The notes beneath the pieces are model-generated. The model saw only the letters and a program-made list of their open reading frames with translations, was not told where the DNA came from and searched no databases. From NCBI GenBank assembly GCA_043739465.1, contig JAYUEA010000476.1:1-29974 (forward strand): a DNA stretch of 29,974 nucleotides, read 5' to 3'. The stretch comes from Propionibacteriaceae bacterium. GTDB lineage: Bacteria; Actinomycetota; Actinomycetes; Propionibacteriales; Propionibacteriaceae. Both the position numbers and the translations under genes were made by a program. Shown in pieces: positions 8,631 through 17,446 of this stretch (its first letter is position 1; each line of letters opens with the position of its first letter).

Positions 8631-10289
8631 TCAGCCTTTCCCTGTCGTGGCGATGTGTCGTGCGGCGAGGTGGCCGAAGACGGCCGCCGGGCCGAGTGTC
8701 GAGCCGGGGCCCGGGTACGTACGACCCATCACCGACGCCGAGTTGTTGCCCGACGCGTACAGGCCGTCGATGACCGTGCCGTCCTCGCGCAGCACGCGAG
8801 CGTGCTCGTCGCTGACGACCCCACCCTTCGTGCCGAGATCTCCCGGCACGACCTGTACGGCGGTGAAAGGGCCCTTCTCGATCAGGCCGAGGTTGGGGTT
8901 CGGGTGGACCAACGGGTCGCCGTAGTAGCGGTCGTAGGCGGAGTTGCCCCGCGCGAAGTCCTCGTCGACTCCGGCCCGGCAGAAGCCGTTGAAGCGTTCG
9001 ACGGTGGCCTTGAGCGCGGCTGGGTCCACGCGGATCCGGCGGGCGAGGTCCTCGAGAGTCGGCGCCTTCACGAGGATCCCGGCCTCGGCCATCGCCTTGG
9101 TGGCGCGAGGGTCCATGGCGTACGAGCGGAGGTACTTGCGCGTGTGCCGCGCGTCGGTGACCATCCAGCACGTACCGGGGACCGTCGTGAAGTGCTCGAA
9201 CATGTGGTGACCGAGGTCCACGTACGACTGGGACTCGTTCGCGAACCGGCTGCCGGCCGCGTCGACGATGATCGAGTGCGGCATCGATCGCTCGCTGACG
9301 AGGAACATGGCCGAGCCGTCGGCTGTCGGCGACGGGATCGAGCCTCCCCACCACGCGTCGTCCATGAGGTCCACCGCGGCACCGATGCGCTGCGCCACCT
9401 CGATGGCCGACCCGAGGTTGCCACGCGACCCGGACGAGTCCGTACCGCTCACTCCCTGGTAGCGCTGGCGCCACTCAGCATTGTGGTCGAACCCACCTCC
9501 GCCCAGCACGACGCCGCCGGTGGCCTTGATCCTGCGCTCTGTGCCGCCCGTGGCGGTGAGGACGCCCACGACCCGGCCGCCCTCCACGACGAGCTCCTTG
9601 ACCGGGGATGAGAGCCGGATCTGTACGCCCTGCTTGATCGCCACGTGGAGCAGCGACGCGGTGACGGCGGCCCCCATGCCGACGGCCTTCTGCCGACGGA
9701 TCAGCGTGCCGAGCACCCGGAAGACCACCTTGGCGCCGCGCATCATGCCGCTCGGGGTCGACCAGGCGCGCGACAGCAGCCAGAAGTCGTCCGTCATGAC
9801 CGGCGCGGGCACGCCGTCCTGGCCACGGGACGTGGTCCACCAGTCGCCGATCGCGTGGACGTCGAACGGCTTCACCTCGATGGCTCTGCCGATCTTGCCG
9901 CCCGGAAGCTCCGGATAGTAGTCGGGGTAGTCGGCGGCACGGGCGAACTTCACGCCGAGCCGCTCCGCGAGGTTGACGAAACCGGCGACGCCGTCGACGA
10001 AGGCCTCCTTGCGTGCCCTCGACGTGGACGGTCCTGCATCACCGACGGTCGCCTCCAGGTAGGTCAGGGCATCCCCCCGGGAGTCGCCCACCTGGTCGCG
10101 CTGCATGAGGGGGTTGTTCGGCAGCCAGAGACCGCCTCCTGACATGGCGCTGCTGCCGCCCCACCTGTCGGTACTCTCCAGCATGAGCACCTTGAGTCCC
10201 GCGTCCGCCGCAGTGATCGCTGCGGACAGAGCCGCAACCCCGGTCCCGGCGACGACGACGTCGAATGTGTCATCCCACTGCTCAGCCAT
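8631..10289 (-). CDS. FAD-dependent oxidoreductase of the 3-ketosteroid delta-1-dehydrogenase (KstD) family
   Basis: VVVAGTG, GGSSAMSGGGLW, YPDYYPE, RFANESQSY, GDLGTKGG, GLYASGN and TYPGPGSTLG; GGAG RBS before ATG 10289. Confidence 0.88.
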   Translation of the reverse strand: MAEQWDDTFDVVVAGTGVAALSAAITAADAGLKVLMLESTDRWGGSSAMSGGGLWLPNNPLMQRDQVGDSRGDALTYLEATVGDAGPSTSRARKEAFVDGVAGFVNLAERLGVKFARAADYPDYYPELPGGKIGRAIEVKPFDVHAIGDWWTTSRGQDGVPAPVMTDDFWLLSRAWSTPSGMMRGAKVVFRVLGTLIRRQKAVGMGAAVTASLLHVAIKQGVQIRLSSPVKELVVEGGRVVGVLTATGGTERRIKATGGVVLGGGGFDHNAEWRQRYQGVSGTDSSGSRGNLGSAIEVAQRIGAAVDLMDDAWWGGSIPSPTADGSAMFLVSERSMPHSIIVDAAGSRFANESQSYVDLGHHMFEHFTTVPGTCWMVTDARHTRKYLRSYAMDPRATKAMAEAGILVKAPTLEDLARRIRVDPAALKATVERFNGFCRAGVDEDFARGNSAYDRYYGDPLVHPNPNLGLIEKGPFTAVQVVPGDLGTKGGVVSDEHARVLREDGTVIDGLYASGNNSASVMGRTYPGPGSTLGPAAVFGHLAARHIATTGKG

Positions 10290-10308
10290 GATGGCTCCGT
10301 CCCCCATC

Positions 10309-10330
10309 AACCGGACAACCTTGTCCGGTT
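10309..10330. promoter_or_regulatory. Putative TetR operator
   Basis: Perfect inverted repeat AACCGGACAA-CC-TTGTCCGGTT in the 51-bp gap between the divergent kstD-like and tetR genes. Confidence 0.8.
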
Positions 10331-10340
10331 AGGACGCAGC

Positions 10341-10931
10341 ATGCCCGGAAGTACCGGTTCCCGCAATGGGGGTCCCGCCGCCGCGCCGCGGAACCGCGCG
10401 GCGATCATCGCCGCGGCGAGGCAGCTGTTCGCCGAACAGGGCCTCCAGGTGCCCCTCAGCGCGATCGCCACGGCCGCAGGCGTGGGCCAGGCCGTCATGT
10501 ACAGGCACTTCCCCGACAGGCTCGACCTCGCCTACGCGGTGTTCGCGGACAACTTCACAGAACTCGAGCGACTCGCCACCGAGACGGTCGGGCCGCAGGC
10601 CTTCCATGCGGTGTGGCGCCGCATCGTCGCGTACACGTGCGAGTCCGTGGGTTTCGTCGAGCTGGTCATCGAGGCCCGCCGTGAGGTGCCGGAGTCGATC
10701 AACGAGGACCGGCTCGTCGCTCTGATCACGGAGCCGCTGGCACGTGCCCAAGGGGCGGGCCTCATCGACGCGTCCTGGACAGCTCGCGACGTGCTGCTGC
10801 TGCAGCACATGGTGTACGGGGTCGTGGTCGCTCACGTGGATCAGAGCCGGGCCGGCGCGGCGGTGGACCGAGCGCTCGCCCTGGTCGACCCACGCCTCGT
10901 CACCGGACTCGTGGACCCGGTCGACGGCTGA
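10341..10931 (+). CDS. TetR/AcrR family transcriptional regulator
   Basis: RNRAAIIAAARQLFAEQG...LSAIATAAGVGQAVMYRHFPDR helix-turn-helix. Confidence 0.93.
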   Translation: MPGSTGSRNGGPAAAPRNRAAIIAAARQLFAEQGLQVPLSAIATAAGVGQAVMYRHFPDRLDLAYAVFADNFTELERLATETVGPQAFHAVWRRIVAYTCESVGFVELVIEARREVPESINEDRLVALITEPLARAQGAGLIDASWTARDVLLLQHMVYGVVVAHVDQSRAGAAVDRALALVDPRLVTGLVDPVDG

Positions 10932-10952
10932 CAGCCAGGCTGTCGGACCGGG

Positions 10953-11549
10953 TCAGTCGTGCGGGGTCGTCGACTGCTGAGGAACCCCGGCGACGCACGA
11001 TCCGCCCACTTTCGTCTCTTGCTCGCCCGACGTGAACTCGAGTTTGACGCGGTCCGGGCCGCCGGTCTCGATCTTGACGCGCCACCCGTCCGCCGGGGAT
11101 GCGGACAGCAGCGAGATGGTCTGGCCTGTGCACGCGACGGTGACCATACCGCCCAGGACATTCCAGGTCCTCACCACCGGTGTGGGGGTCGGGGCCGGGG
11201 CCGGGGGCTTCGTGGACGTGGACGATGATGCGGACTTGGTGGACTTCGAAGGTGCTGTCGCGCTGCCGCTGTTCGCAGGCGCGGTCGCCGTGAGGACCGT
11301 GGGCGGTGAGCTCGGTGCAGGGGGGATCGTCACGCTGGTGCCCGATGGGGTAGTCGTACCCGGTGCGGGGCTCGAGGACGCGAGCAGACCCGACACCTGA
11401 GCCCCGCTGAGGACATCCGTGCGGGTGCCGTCGTCGAGGACGGCGACCGCGCGCCACACGACCAGGCCGGTGAGGGCGGTCGCGAGAGCCCACGATGCGA
11501 CCACCATGAGCCCGACCCGTCGTTTCGCCACGACCCCATACTCGCTCAT
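10953..11549 (-). CDS. Membrane-anchored Ser/Thr/Pro-rich hypothetical protein with a small 2-Cys C-terminal domain
   Basis: N-terminal hydrophobic helix (LMVVASWALATALTGLVVW), low-complexity stalk, C-terminal GGMVTVAC...SASPADGW...EFTSG...C; divergent from the two-component system. Confidence 0.7.
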   Translation of the reverse strand: MSEYGVVAKRRVGLMVVASWALATALTGLVVWRAVAVLDDGTRTDVLSGAQVSGLLASSSPAPGTTTPSGTSVTIPPAPSSPPTVLTATAPANSGSATAPSKSTKSASSSTSTKPPAPAPTPTPVVRTWNVLGGMVTVACTGQTISLLSASPADGWRVKIETGGPDRVKLEFTSGEQETKVGGSCVAGVPQQSTTPHD

Positions 11550-11642
11550 GCGAGTGAAAGGTCCGGTTAAGACGGTGAGAAGTTGCTCGACTGCCCCCCA
11601 TCTGGCCCACGCCGCGCGTCTGGATCATCTAGCGTCACCATC

Positions 11643-12323
11643 GTGGCAAATGTGCTCATCATCGAGGACGACGCGACGATCCGTACGGCGATGATCCGTG
11701 CGTTGACGGCGCGCGGACACTCGACGATGTCGAGTCCCACCGCCCTCGACGGGCTCCAGAGCATCGTGTCGCAGCCCCCGGACGTGGTTCTGCTGGACCT
11801 CGGTCTCCCCGACCTCGACGGTCAGGCGCTCCTGGCGATGATCCGGGCTGTGAGCACGGTCCCTGTGATCGTGGTGAGTGCTCGCGACGAAGGGCCGCAG
11901 ATCATCACCGCCCTCGACGCTGGTGCTGACGACTACCTCGTCAAGCCGTATGCCTCCGACCAGCTCGATGCCCGGATCCGGGCCGTGCTGCGTCGCGTCG
12001 AGGCCGAGCAGCCCGTGGGTCCCCTCATAGTCGGAGGTCTCGTGATCGACGAGCGCACCCGTACGGTCTCGCTCGACGGCCAGGACCTGGAGCTCAGCCC
12101 CAAGGAGTTCGAGCTTTTGGCGTACCTCGCCGGACGCCCTGGGACCGTCATCAGCAAGAAGGAGCTGCTCGCCAACGTGTGGCACATGCCGTACGGAGGC
12201 GCTGACAAGACTGTCGACGTTCACCTGCACTGGCTGCGACGCAAGCTCGGCGAGACCGCCGAGACCCCGGTCTACCTGCACCGGATCCGCGGCGTGGGCG
12301 TGAAGCTGGTCGCTCCCTCGTGA
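11643..12323 (+). CDS. OmpR-family response regulator
   Basis: VLIIEDD, LLDLGLPD (phospho-acceptor Asp), GADDYLVKP, winged helix KTVDVHLHWLRRKL; GTG start 7 nt after TAGCGT. Confidence 0.95.
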   Translation: MANVLIIEDDATIRTAMIRALTARGHSTMSSPTALDGLQSIVSQPPDVVLLDLGLPDLDGQALLAMIRAVSTVPVIVVSARDEGPQIITALDAGADDYLVKPYASDQLDARIRAVLRRVEAEQPVGPLIVGGLVIDERTRTVSLDGQDLELSPKEFELLAYLAGRPGTVISKKELLANVWHMPYGGADKTVDVHLHWLRRKLGETAETPVYLHRIRGVGVKLVAPS

Positions 12324-13591
12324 GGTCCCTGCTGGTGCGGTACGGGCTCGCGGTGACATCCATCGTGCTCGTAGCGTTCCTGCTGCCCCTCGGGTTCGTG
12401 GCCCGGTCCCTGACACAGGAGCGAGCGCTGTCGGTGGGTCGGCAAGACGCCCAGCAGGTCGCGCTCTTCACCGATGACCCGGTACGCCTCCAGGCGGCGC
12501 TGGTCGCCGTGAATGCCGGCGATCGCCGCACGACCGTGTTCGCGACCGACGGCACGATCCTGGGTGCGCCGGCAGAGGACTCCGCATCGGTGGCGCTCGC
12601 TCGGTCGGGTCAGGCGTTCACGGCGAACACCGCCGGGGGCGTCGAGCTGCTCGTACCGGTCGCACGTGCCGACGGCGTCACGGTCGTACGCACCTTCGTG
12701 CCCGACTCCCAGCTGATGGACGGCGTGTACAGAGCATGGGCGGTGCTGGCTGCGGTCGGGGTGGGTCTGCTCGCCGTCACGGCACTCGCCGGGTATCGGA
12801 TCGCGGCCGGCCTGTCCCGTTCGGTGAGCGACCTCGCCAACGTCGCGTCCCGGCTCGGTGCCGGCGACCTGCGCGCTCGGGTCGAACCCTCCGGGCCGTC
12901 AGAGGTGGTCTCGGTCGGGAACGTGCTGAACGGCCTCGGGGACCAGGTGGAGAACCTGCTGGCCGACGAGCGCGAGCTGATCGCGGATCTGTCGCACCGG
13001 CTGCGCACCCCGATCACCGCGCTCCGACTGGACACAGAGCTTCTGATCGACCACGTGGAACGCGACCGGCTCGGGGGCCATGTCGAGGACCTGGTGGCCG
13101 CTGTCGACAGGGTCATCGAGGCCGCCCGCTCCCACCAGCGCCGAGCGCCTGTGCGATGCGATGCGGCACAGGTCGTACGAGACCGGGCGAAGTTCTGGTC
13201 GGTGCTGGCCGCGTCGCAGAACCGTCCGTTCACGGTCGCTCTGGAAGACTCGCCGGCGCTGGTGGCCGCCGGAACTCCGGAGATGGGGGCAGCTCTCGAC
13301 GTGATCGTCGACAACATCTTCAAGCACACAGCGTCCGGCACGGGCCTGGCGCTGTCGGTCACCAGTGACGGTGACACTGTCCGCGTGACCGTCGCCGACG
13401 CCGGACCCGGGATGCCCGACTCGGCCCTCGCGGGTCGCGGACGTTCCGGCTCGGGCTCGACGGGCATCGGCTTGGACGTCGCACGTCGCACCGCAGAGCA
13501 GGCTGGGGGCGCGCTCGCGCTGGGCACGGGCCTCGACGGTCATGGCCTGTCGGTCACCCTCAGCCTCCCGAAAGTGTTATCCGAGCCTTAG
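12320..13591 (+). CDS. HAMP-domain sensor histidine kinase
   Basis: Two TM helices, HAMP domain, H-box LSHRLRTPITAL, N-box DNIFKH, G-boxes DAGPG and GSTGIGL; GTGA overlap with the regulator. Confidence 0.94.
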   Translation: MRSLLVRYGLAVTSIVLVAFLLPLGFVARSLTQERALSVGRQDAQQVALFTDDPVRLQAALVAVNAGDRRTTVFATDGTILGAPAEDSASVALARSGQAFTANTAGGVELLVPVARADGVTVVRTFVPDSQLMDGVYRAWAVLAAVGVGLLAVTALAGYRIAAGLSRSVSDLANVASRLGAGDLRARVEPSGPSEVVSVGNVLNGLGDQVENLLADERELIADLSHRLRTPITALRLDTELLIDHVERDRLGGHVEDLVAAVDRVIEAARSHQRRAPVRCDAAQVVRDRAKFWSVLAASQNRPFTVALEDSPALVAAGTPEMGAALDVIVDNIFKHTASGTGLALSVTSDGDTVRVTVADAGPGMPDSALAGRGRSGSGSTGIGLDVARRTAEQAGGALALGTGLDGHGLSVTLSLPKVLSEP

Positions 13592-13677
13592 TCGTCGATT
13601 GCCGCGGTCCTTCTGGAGCATCCAGCAGACTCCCTATCGGTGACGTCGTCTGACGTCTTCGACAGTGAAGGGATCTC

Positions 13678-14073
13678 ATGAACCGGATCATCCGTACCGT
13701 CCTGGCATCAGTCGGTGCCGCAGCGGTCGTCAGCGGCGGCGCACTGGGAGTGGCCTTCGCCACAACGCCGGCCCCGGCCCAGACGGCCGATCGGGGCTCG
13801 GCCCCCGCCTCTGTCCTGAACAAGACCGTCGACGAGCTGGTCGCTCAGATCGACAAGCTGGAGAAGGATCTGGCCGAGCCGATGCCGACCCTGGCGACAC
13901 CGACCCCTACGCCTGAGGCCCAGCCTCCGGTCGTCGACGCCGCTCCCGCTGCGACGCGGGCTGCCGCCAAGGCTCCCGCCGCCCCTGCGGCGACAGCGGC
14001 CAATGCCACCACCGCCCACGGATCGGACGACGAGAAGAAGCCCGGCGACTCGACGAAGGACTCCGATGACTAA
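13678..14073 (+). CDS. Secreted hypothetical protein (coiled coil, low-complexity stalk, acidic tail)
   Basis: Sec-like signal MNRIIRTVLASVGAAAVVSGGALGVAFA; GAAGGG RBS; overlaps the next start. Confidence 0.7.
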   Translation: MNRIIRTVLASVGAAAVVSGGALGVAFATTPAPAQTADRGSAPASVLNKTVDELVAQIDKLEKDLAEPMPTLATPTPTPEAQPPVVDAAPAATRAAAKAPAAPAATAANATTAHGSDDEKKPGDSTKDSDD

Positions 14074-14536
14074 TTCCGCCACCGCTGCCCGCCGCGTTGC
14101 CGCTCTGACGCTGATCCCGACCTCCGTGGCCGTGTTCGGCGCCGGGCTCGCCTGGGCGAACAACCATGATCCGGCGGTCGCCACCGCACCGGAGTCCGAG
14201 GCTGCTCCCGCGGTGGTGGACCCCCAGATCGCCGTCGCCCAAGCGAAGGTCGACGACGCTCGCGCGAAGCTTGCCGACCTTCAGGCTGAGGTCGACCGCC
14301 GCAACGCGGAGCGGGTCCTCGTCCAGGAGCAGCAGGCGGCCGCTCCCGCTGGCGCTGCGGCCCCAGGAGCCGTCACGCCCCAGACAGGAACGGTCAACGC
14401 GGGGAGGACCCAGCCGAAGACCACGACGACCCAGACCAAGACGACCCAGACCAAGACGACGGTCACCCAGCCCGTCGTCGCGGCGGCTCCGGCTGCAGTT
14501 CCCGTCCAGACGACCACGAAGTCGTCGAAGAAGTGA
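14066..14536 (+). CDS. Exported hypothetical protein with a Thr-rich tail ending TTTKSSKK; candidate flavinylation substrate
   Basis: ATG 14066 with GAAGGA RBS; ARRVAAL followed by a hydrophobic segment; coiled coil; TQTKT repeats; immediately upstream of apbE. Confidence 0.7.
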   Translation: MTNSATAARRVAALTLIPTSVAVFGAGLAWANNHDPAVATAPESEAAPAVVDPQIAVAQAKVDDARAKLADLQAEVDRRNAERVLVQEQQAAAPAGAAAPGAVTPQTGTVNAGRTQPKTTTTQTKTTQTKTTVTQPVVAAAPAAVPVQTTTKSSKK

Positions 14537-15498
14537 TCATGGGCGCCGATCTCGCCGTCACGTTCACGTCGATGGCTGCCGACATCGAGATCCGGGTTGT
14601 CGACCCGGCTCCCGGTGCCGAGGCGGCCATCGAGCGTGCCGTGGCCGAGATCGGTGCCGTGGCAACCCACCTGACCCGGTTCGACCCTGAGTCGGCGCTG
14701 TCCCGCGCCAACCGAACTCCGAACGCCTGGCACGATCTGCCCGCGGTCCTGGCCGACGCGGTCGCCGTCGCACGCTCCGCACACCGCATCACCGGAGGCC
14801 TGTTCGACCCCCGTGTGGGATCGACACTGGCCGCGTGGGGGTACGACAGGACGTTCGACCGCATCGCGACGGAGTCCGTCGACGCGACCGCCTGGGACAT
14901 CTCGATCCACCGTGCGCGTCGCGGGGACGCAGCGCCTCGCACCCCTTGGGAGCCCAAGGTCGAGGGCACGTCGGTCAACTTCGGCGGGAACCCCATCGAC
15001 TTCGGCGGCATCGGTAAGGGCCTCGCGGTGCGGAACGCCGCAACGGCCCTGGCCGGTGCCGGCGGCTCGGTGCTCGTGGACGCCGGCGGCGACGAGTGGC
15101 TCTCCGGACCGGGTCCCGACGGCGGCGGCTGGAAAGTCGGGGTCGAGGACCCCTTGGGCCTCGTCGAACACGTACTCGTCCTCGCAGTCACCGACCTCGG
15201 CGTCGCCACCAGCTCGATCGCCAAGCAGCGCTGGACCGTACGGGGCGTGCCCGTGCACCACCTCGTCGACCCGCGCACCAACACCCCCGGTGGCGCCGGG
15301 CTCGCCGCCGTCACCGTGCTGCACCCCGACCCCGCGTGGGCCGAGGTGTGGTCCAAGACCCTGTACCTCACCGGTGAGGCCGATATCGCAGCCTTTGCCG
15401 AAGCTCGGGACCTCGCTGCGGCATGGGTCACCGTTGACGGCACCGTCAGGCTGTCATCCGCCATCCGTCCCTTCGTTCTTTGGCAGGTCGTTCGATGA
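14533..15498 (+). CDS. apbE: FAD:protein FMN transferase (ApbE family)
   Basis: FTSMAADIEI, LTRFDPESALS, DFGGIGKG, VDAGGD, ATSS and HHLVDPRT; start is GTG 14533 or ATG 14539. Confidence 0.92.
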   Translation: MIMGADLAVTFTSMAADIEIRVVDPAPGAEAAIERAVAEIGAVATHLTRFDPESALSRANRTPNAWHDLPAVLADAVAVARSAHRITGGLFDPRVGSTLAAWGYDRTFDRIATESVDATAWDISIHRARRGDAAPRTPWEPKVEGTSVNFGGNPIDFGGIGKGLAVRNAATALAGAGGSVLVDAGGDEWLSGPGPDGGGWKVGVEDPLGLVEHVLVLAVTDLGVATSSIAKQRWTVRGVPVHHLVDPRTNTPGGAGLAAVTVLHPDPAWAEVWSKTLYLTGEADIAAFAEARDLAAAWVTVDGTVRLSSAIRPFVLWQVVR

Positions 15499-16196
15499 AA
15501 GCCTTTCTCTGGATCCTTGCCGGAGCCGCGGCCCTCGCCGCCGCAGCCGGGAGCATCGTCATCGTCTGGGGAATGACCCAGCAGACCCTCGGTTCTCAGA
15601 TGGCTACCTGGGTGCTGGGCCGAGCGGCTGGCGTCGCCTCGTACGTGCTCCTGCTTCTGCTCGTCGTCACCGGGCTCGTCCTCTCCCACCCATGGGCTCG
15701 ACACCTGAGCTTCCCAGCACCGCGGACCCGGCTGACGATCCACGCGACGCTGTCGCTGTTCACCCTCGCTTTCACGGTTCTGCACCTGGTCGTTCTCGCC
15801 CTCGACCCATGGGCGAAGGTCGGGTGGATCGGAGCCCTGCTCCCCATGGCATCCGGCTACCGACCGGTGGCGGTCAGCCTCGGTGTCCTCGCCCTGTGGG
15901 CGGGGGTCGTCACCGGCGTCACCGCCCGGTTCGCCGGCAGCTTCGCCGCACGGCACTGGTGGCCGATCCACAAGGTCGCCGCCGCCCTGCTGCTGCTGGT
16001 CTGGGCGCACAGCGTCTTCGCCGGTTCGGACGTCGCTGGCCTCACGGTGTTCTACATCGTCACGGGCCTGTTCGTCGTCGCGCTCGCGGTGACCCGATAC
16101 GCGGCCCGCACTCCTGCCGACCACGTCAACGACCTCACCCGTGACCTTGCCACGCACGACCATCACGCCACCGCCTCGAATCGGAGCAGCCGATGA
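15495..16196 (+). CDS. Ferric reductase-like (MsrQ-like) transmembrane heme protein
   Basis: About 5-6 TM helices; GRAAGVASY, membrane His residues in IHATL, LHLVV, IHKV and AHSVFAGSD; ATGA overlap with apbE. Confidence 0.85.
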   Translation: MKAFLWILAGAAALAAAAGSIVIVWGMTQQTLGSQMATWVLGRAAGVASYVLLLLLVVTGLVLSHPWARHLSFPAPRTRLTIHATLSLFTLAFTVLHLVVLALDPWAKVGWIGALLPMASGYRPVAVSLGVLALWAGVVTGVTARFAGSFAARHWWPIHKVAAALLLLVWAHSVFAGSDVAGLTVFYIVTGLFVVALAVTRYAARTPADHVNDLTRDLATHDHHATASNRSSR

Positions 16197-17446
16197 CCAC
16201 GACGATGACGACGACGACCGCGGTCGCAACGGAGACCCTGCTCACGGGACCGGTGACGCTCCGGCGAGAAGGGCCTGCGGATCCTCTGACGGAGACCGTT
16301 CGGGAGTCGTTCGACGACCACTTGCTGCGGGTCGGTGCCCGACCGGACGTCTCAGCCGCCCTGGTCGCCGACGTCGAGCGTGCGGGGCTGCTCGGGCACG
16401 GTGGCGCGTTCGTCCCGGTGGGCTTGAAGTGGCGTTCTGCTCTGCGGCGGAAGGGATCGCTGACCGTCGTCGCCAACGCCGCCGAGAGCGAGCCGGTCGC
16501 GGGCAAGGACGGCACCTTGCTGCGGCAGCGCCCGCACCTCGTGCTGGACGGCCTCCGGATCGCCGCGCAAGCCCTGGGCGCCGACCGCGCCGTGCTGTGG
16601 CTCCACGGCGACGATCACACGGGACGAGCCGCGGCCCTCGAGGCGTTCGACGAACGCGGCTGGTCGGATCGGGGCGTCCCGGTGGAGATCGTGTCGAGCC
16701 CCGTCCACTACCTCTCGGGCGAGGCGCAGGCGATCACGCGCGCGATGGAGGGCGGCCCCACGCTGCCGTTCATGCGTCGTGCGGTGACGGACCCGTGGGC
16801 CCCCCAGACGCTCGTGCAGAACGTCGAGACGCTTGCCAGGCTGGCCCTGCTCGCGCGCGGCCTGCCGAACCCCGACACCCGGCTGCTCACGGTGCTGGGC
16901 GACGATCGGAAGGTCGTCGAGGTGGCGACGTCGACGACGTTCGAGCAGGTGTTGATCGACCTCGGCTGGACGACAGCGCCGGAGGCTGTACTGCTCGGCG
17001 GGTACGGCGGGATGTGGGCTGCCTGGGACACCGTCTGGAAGCTGCCGGTGGACGAGCCCGGGCTTCGGGCCCAGCGCCTGACGCTGGGCGCCGGCGTCAT
17101 GGTTCCCCTGGTGGCAGAGGCGTGCGGCGTCGCACTGACGGCCGACCTGGTGTCGTACCTCGCCTCGATGAGCGCCAGGCAGTGCGGTCCGTGCGTCTTC
17201 GGGCTGCCTGCGCTGGCCGAGCACTGGGCACGGCTCGCCGACGGCGAGAGCGACCGACGGACCCTGGACCGTCTCGCCGTCGACACGGCCGCCATCGAGG
17301 GACGCGGCGCGTGCCGTCACCCCGACGGTGCCACCAGGCTCAGCGCGTCGGCGCTGCGCACATTCTCCGAACACGTCGGCGCCCACGCGGCGGGCATGCG
17401 CTGCCTGCGGCACACGTCGGTGACGCTGCCGGGGGCGGCACGATGA
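16193..17446 (+). CDS. NuoF-like flavin/Fe-S oxidoreductase
   Basis: GLLGHGGA, NAAESEP, YLSGEAQA, QNVETL, LLGGYGG, LGAG, SARQCGPCVFG and GRGACRHPDG. Confidence 0.88.
   Translation: MTTTMTTTTAVATETLLTGPVTLRREGPADPLTETVRESFDDHLLRVGARPDVSAALVADVERAGLLGHGGAFVPVGLKWRSALRRKGSLTVVANAAESEPVAGKDGTLLRQRPHLVLDGLRIAAQALGADRAVLWLHGDDHTGRAAALEAFDERGWSDRGVPVEIVSSPVHYLSGEAQAITRAMEGGPTLPFMRRAVTDPWAPQTLVQNVETLARLALLARGLPNPDTRLLTVLGDDRKVVEVATSTTFEQVLIDLGWTTAPEAVLLGGYGGMWAAWDTVWKLPVDEPGLRAQRLTLGAGVMVPLVAEACGVALTADLVSYLASMSARQCGPCVFGLPALAEHWARLADGESDRRTLDRLAVDTAAIEGRGACRHPDGATRLSASALRTFSEHVGAHAAGMRCLRHTSVTLPGAAR

Noticed and set aside
16193-17446. Fragment of a complex I (nuo) operon
   Set aside because: No other nuo subunits are present, and the context (ApbE, ferric-reductase-like protein, ferredoxin) indicates a separate system.
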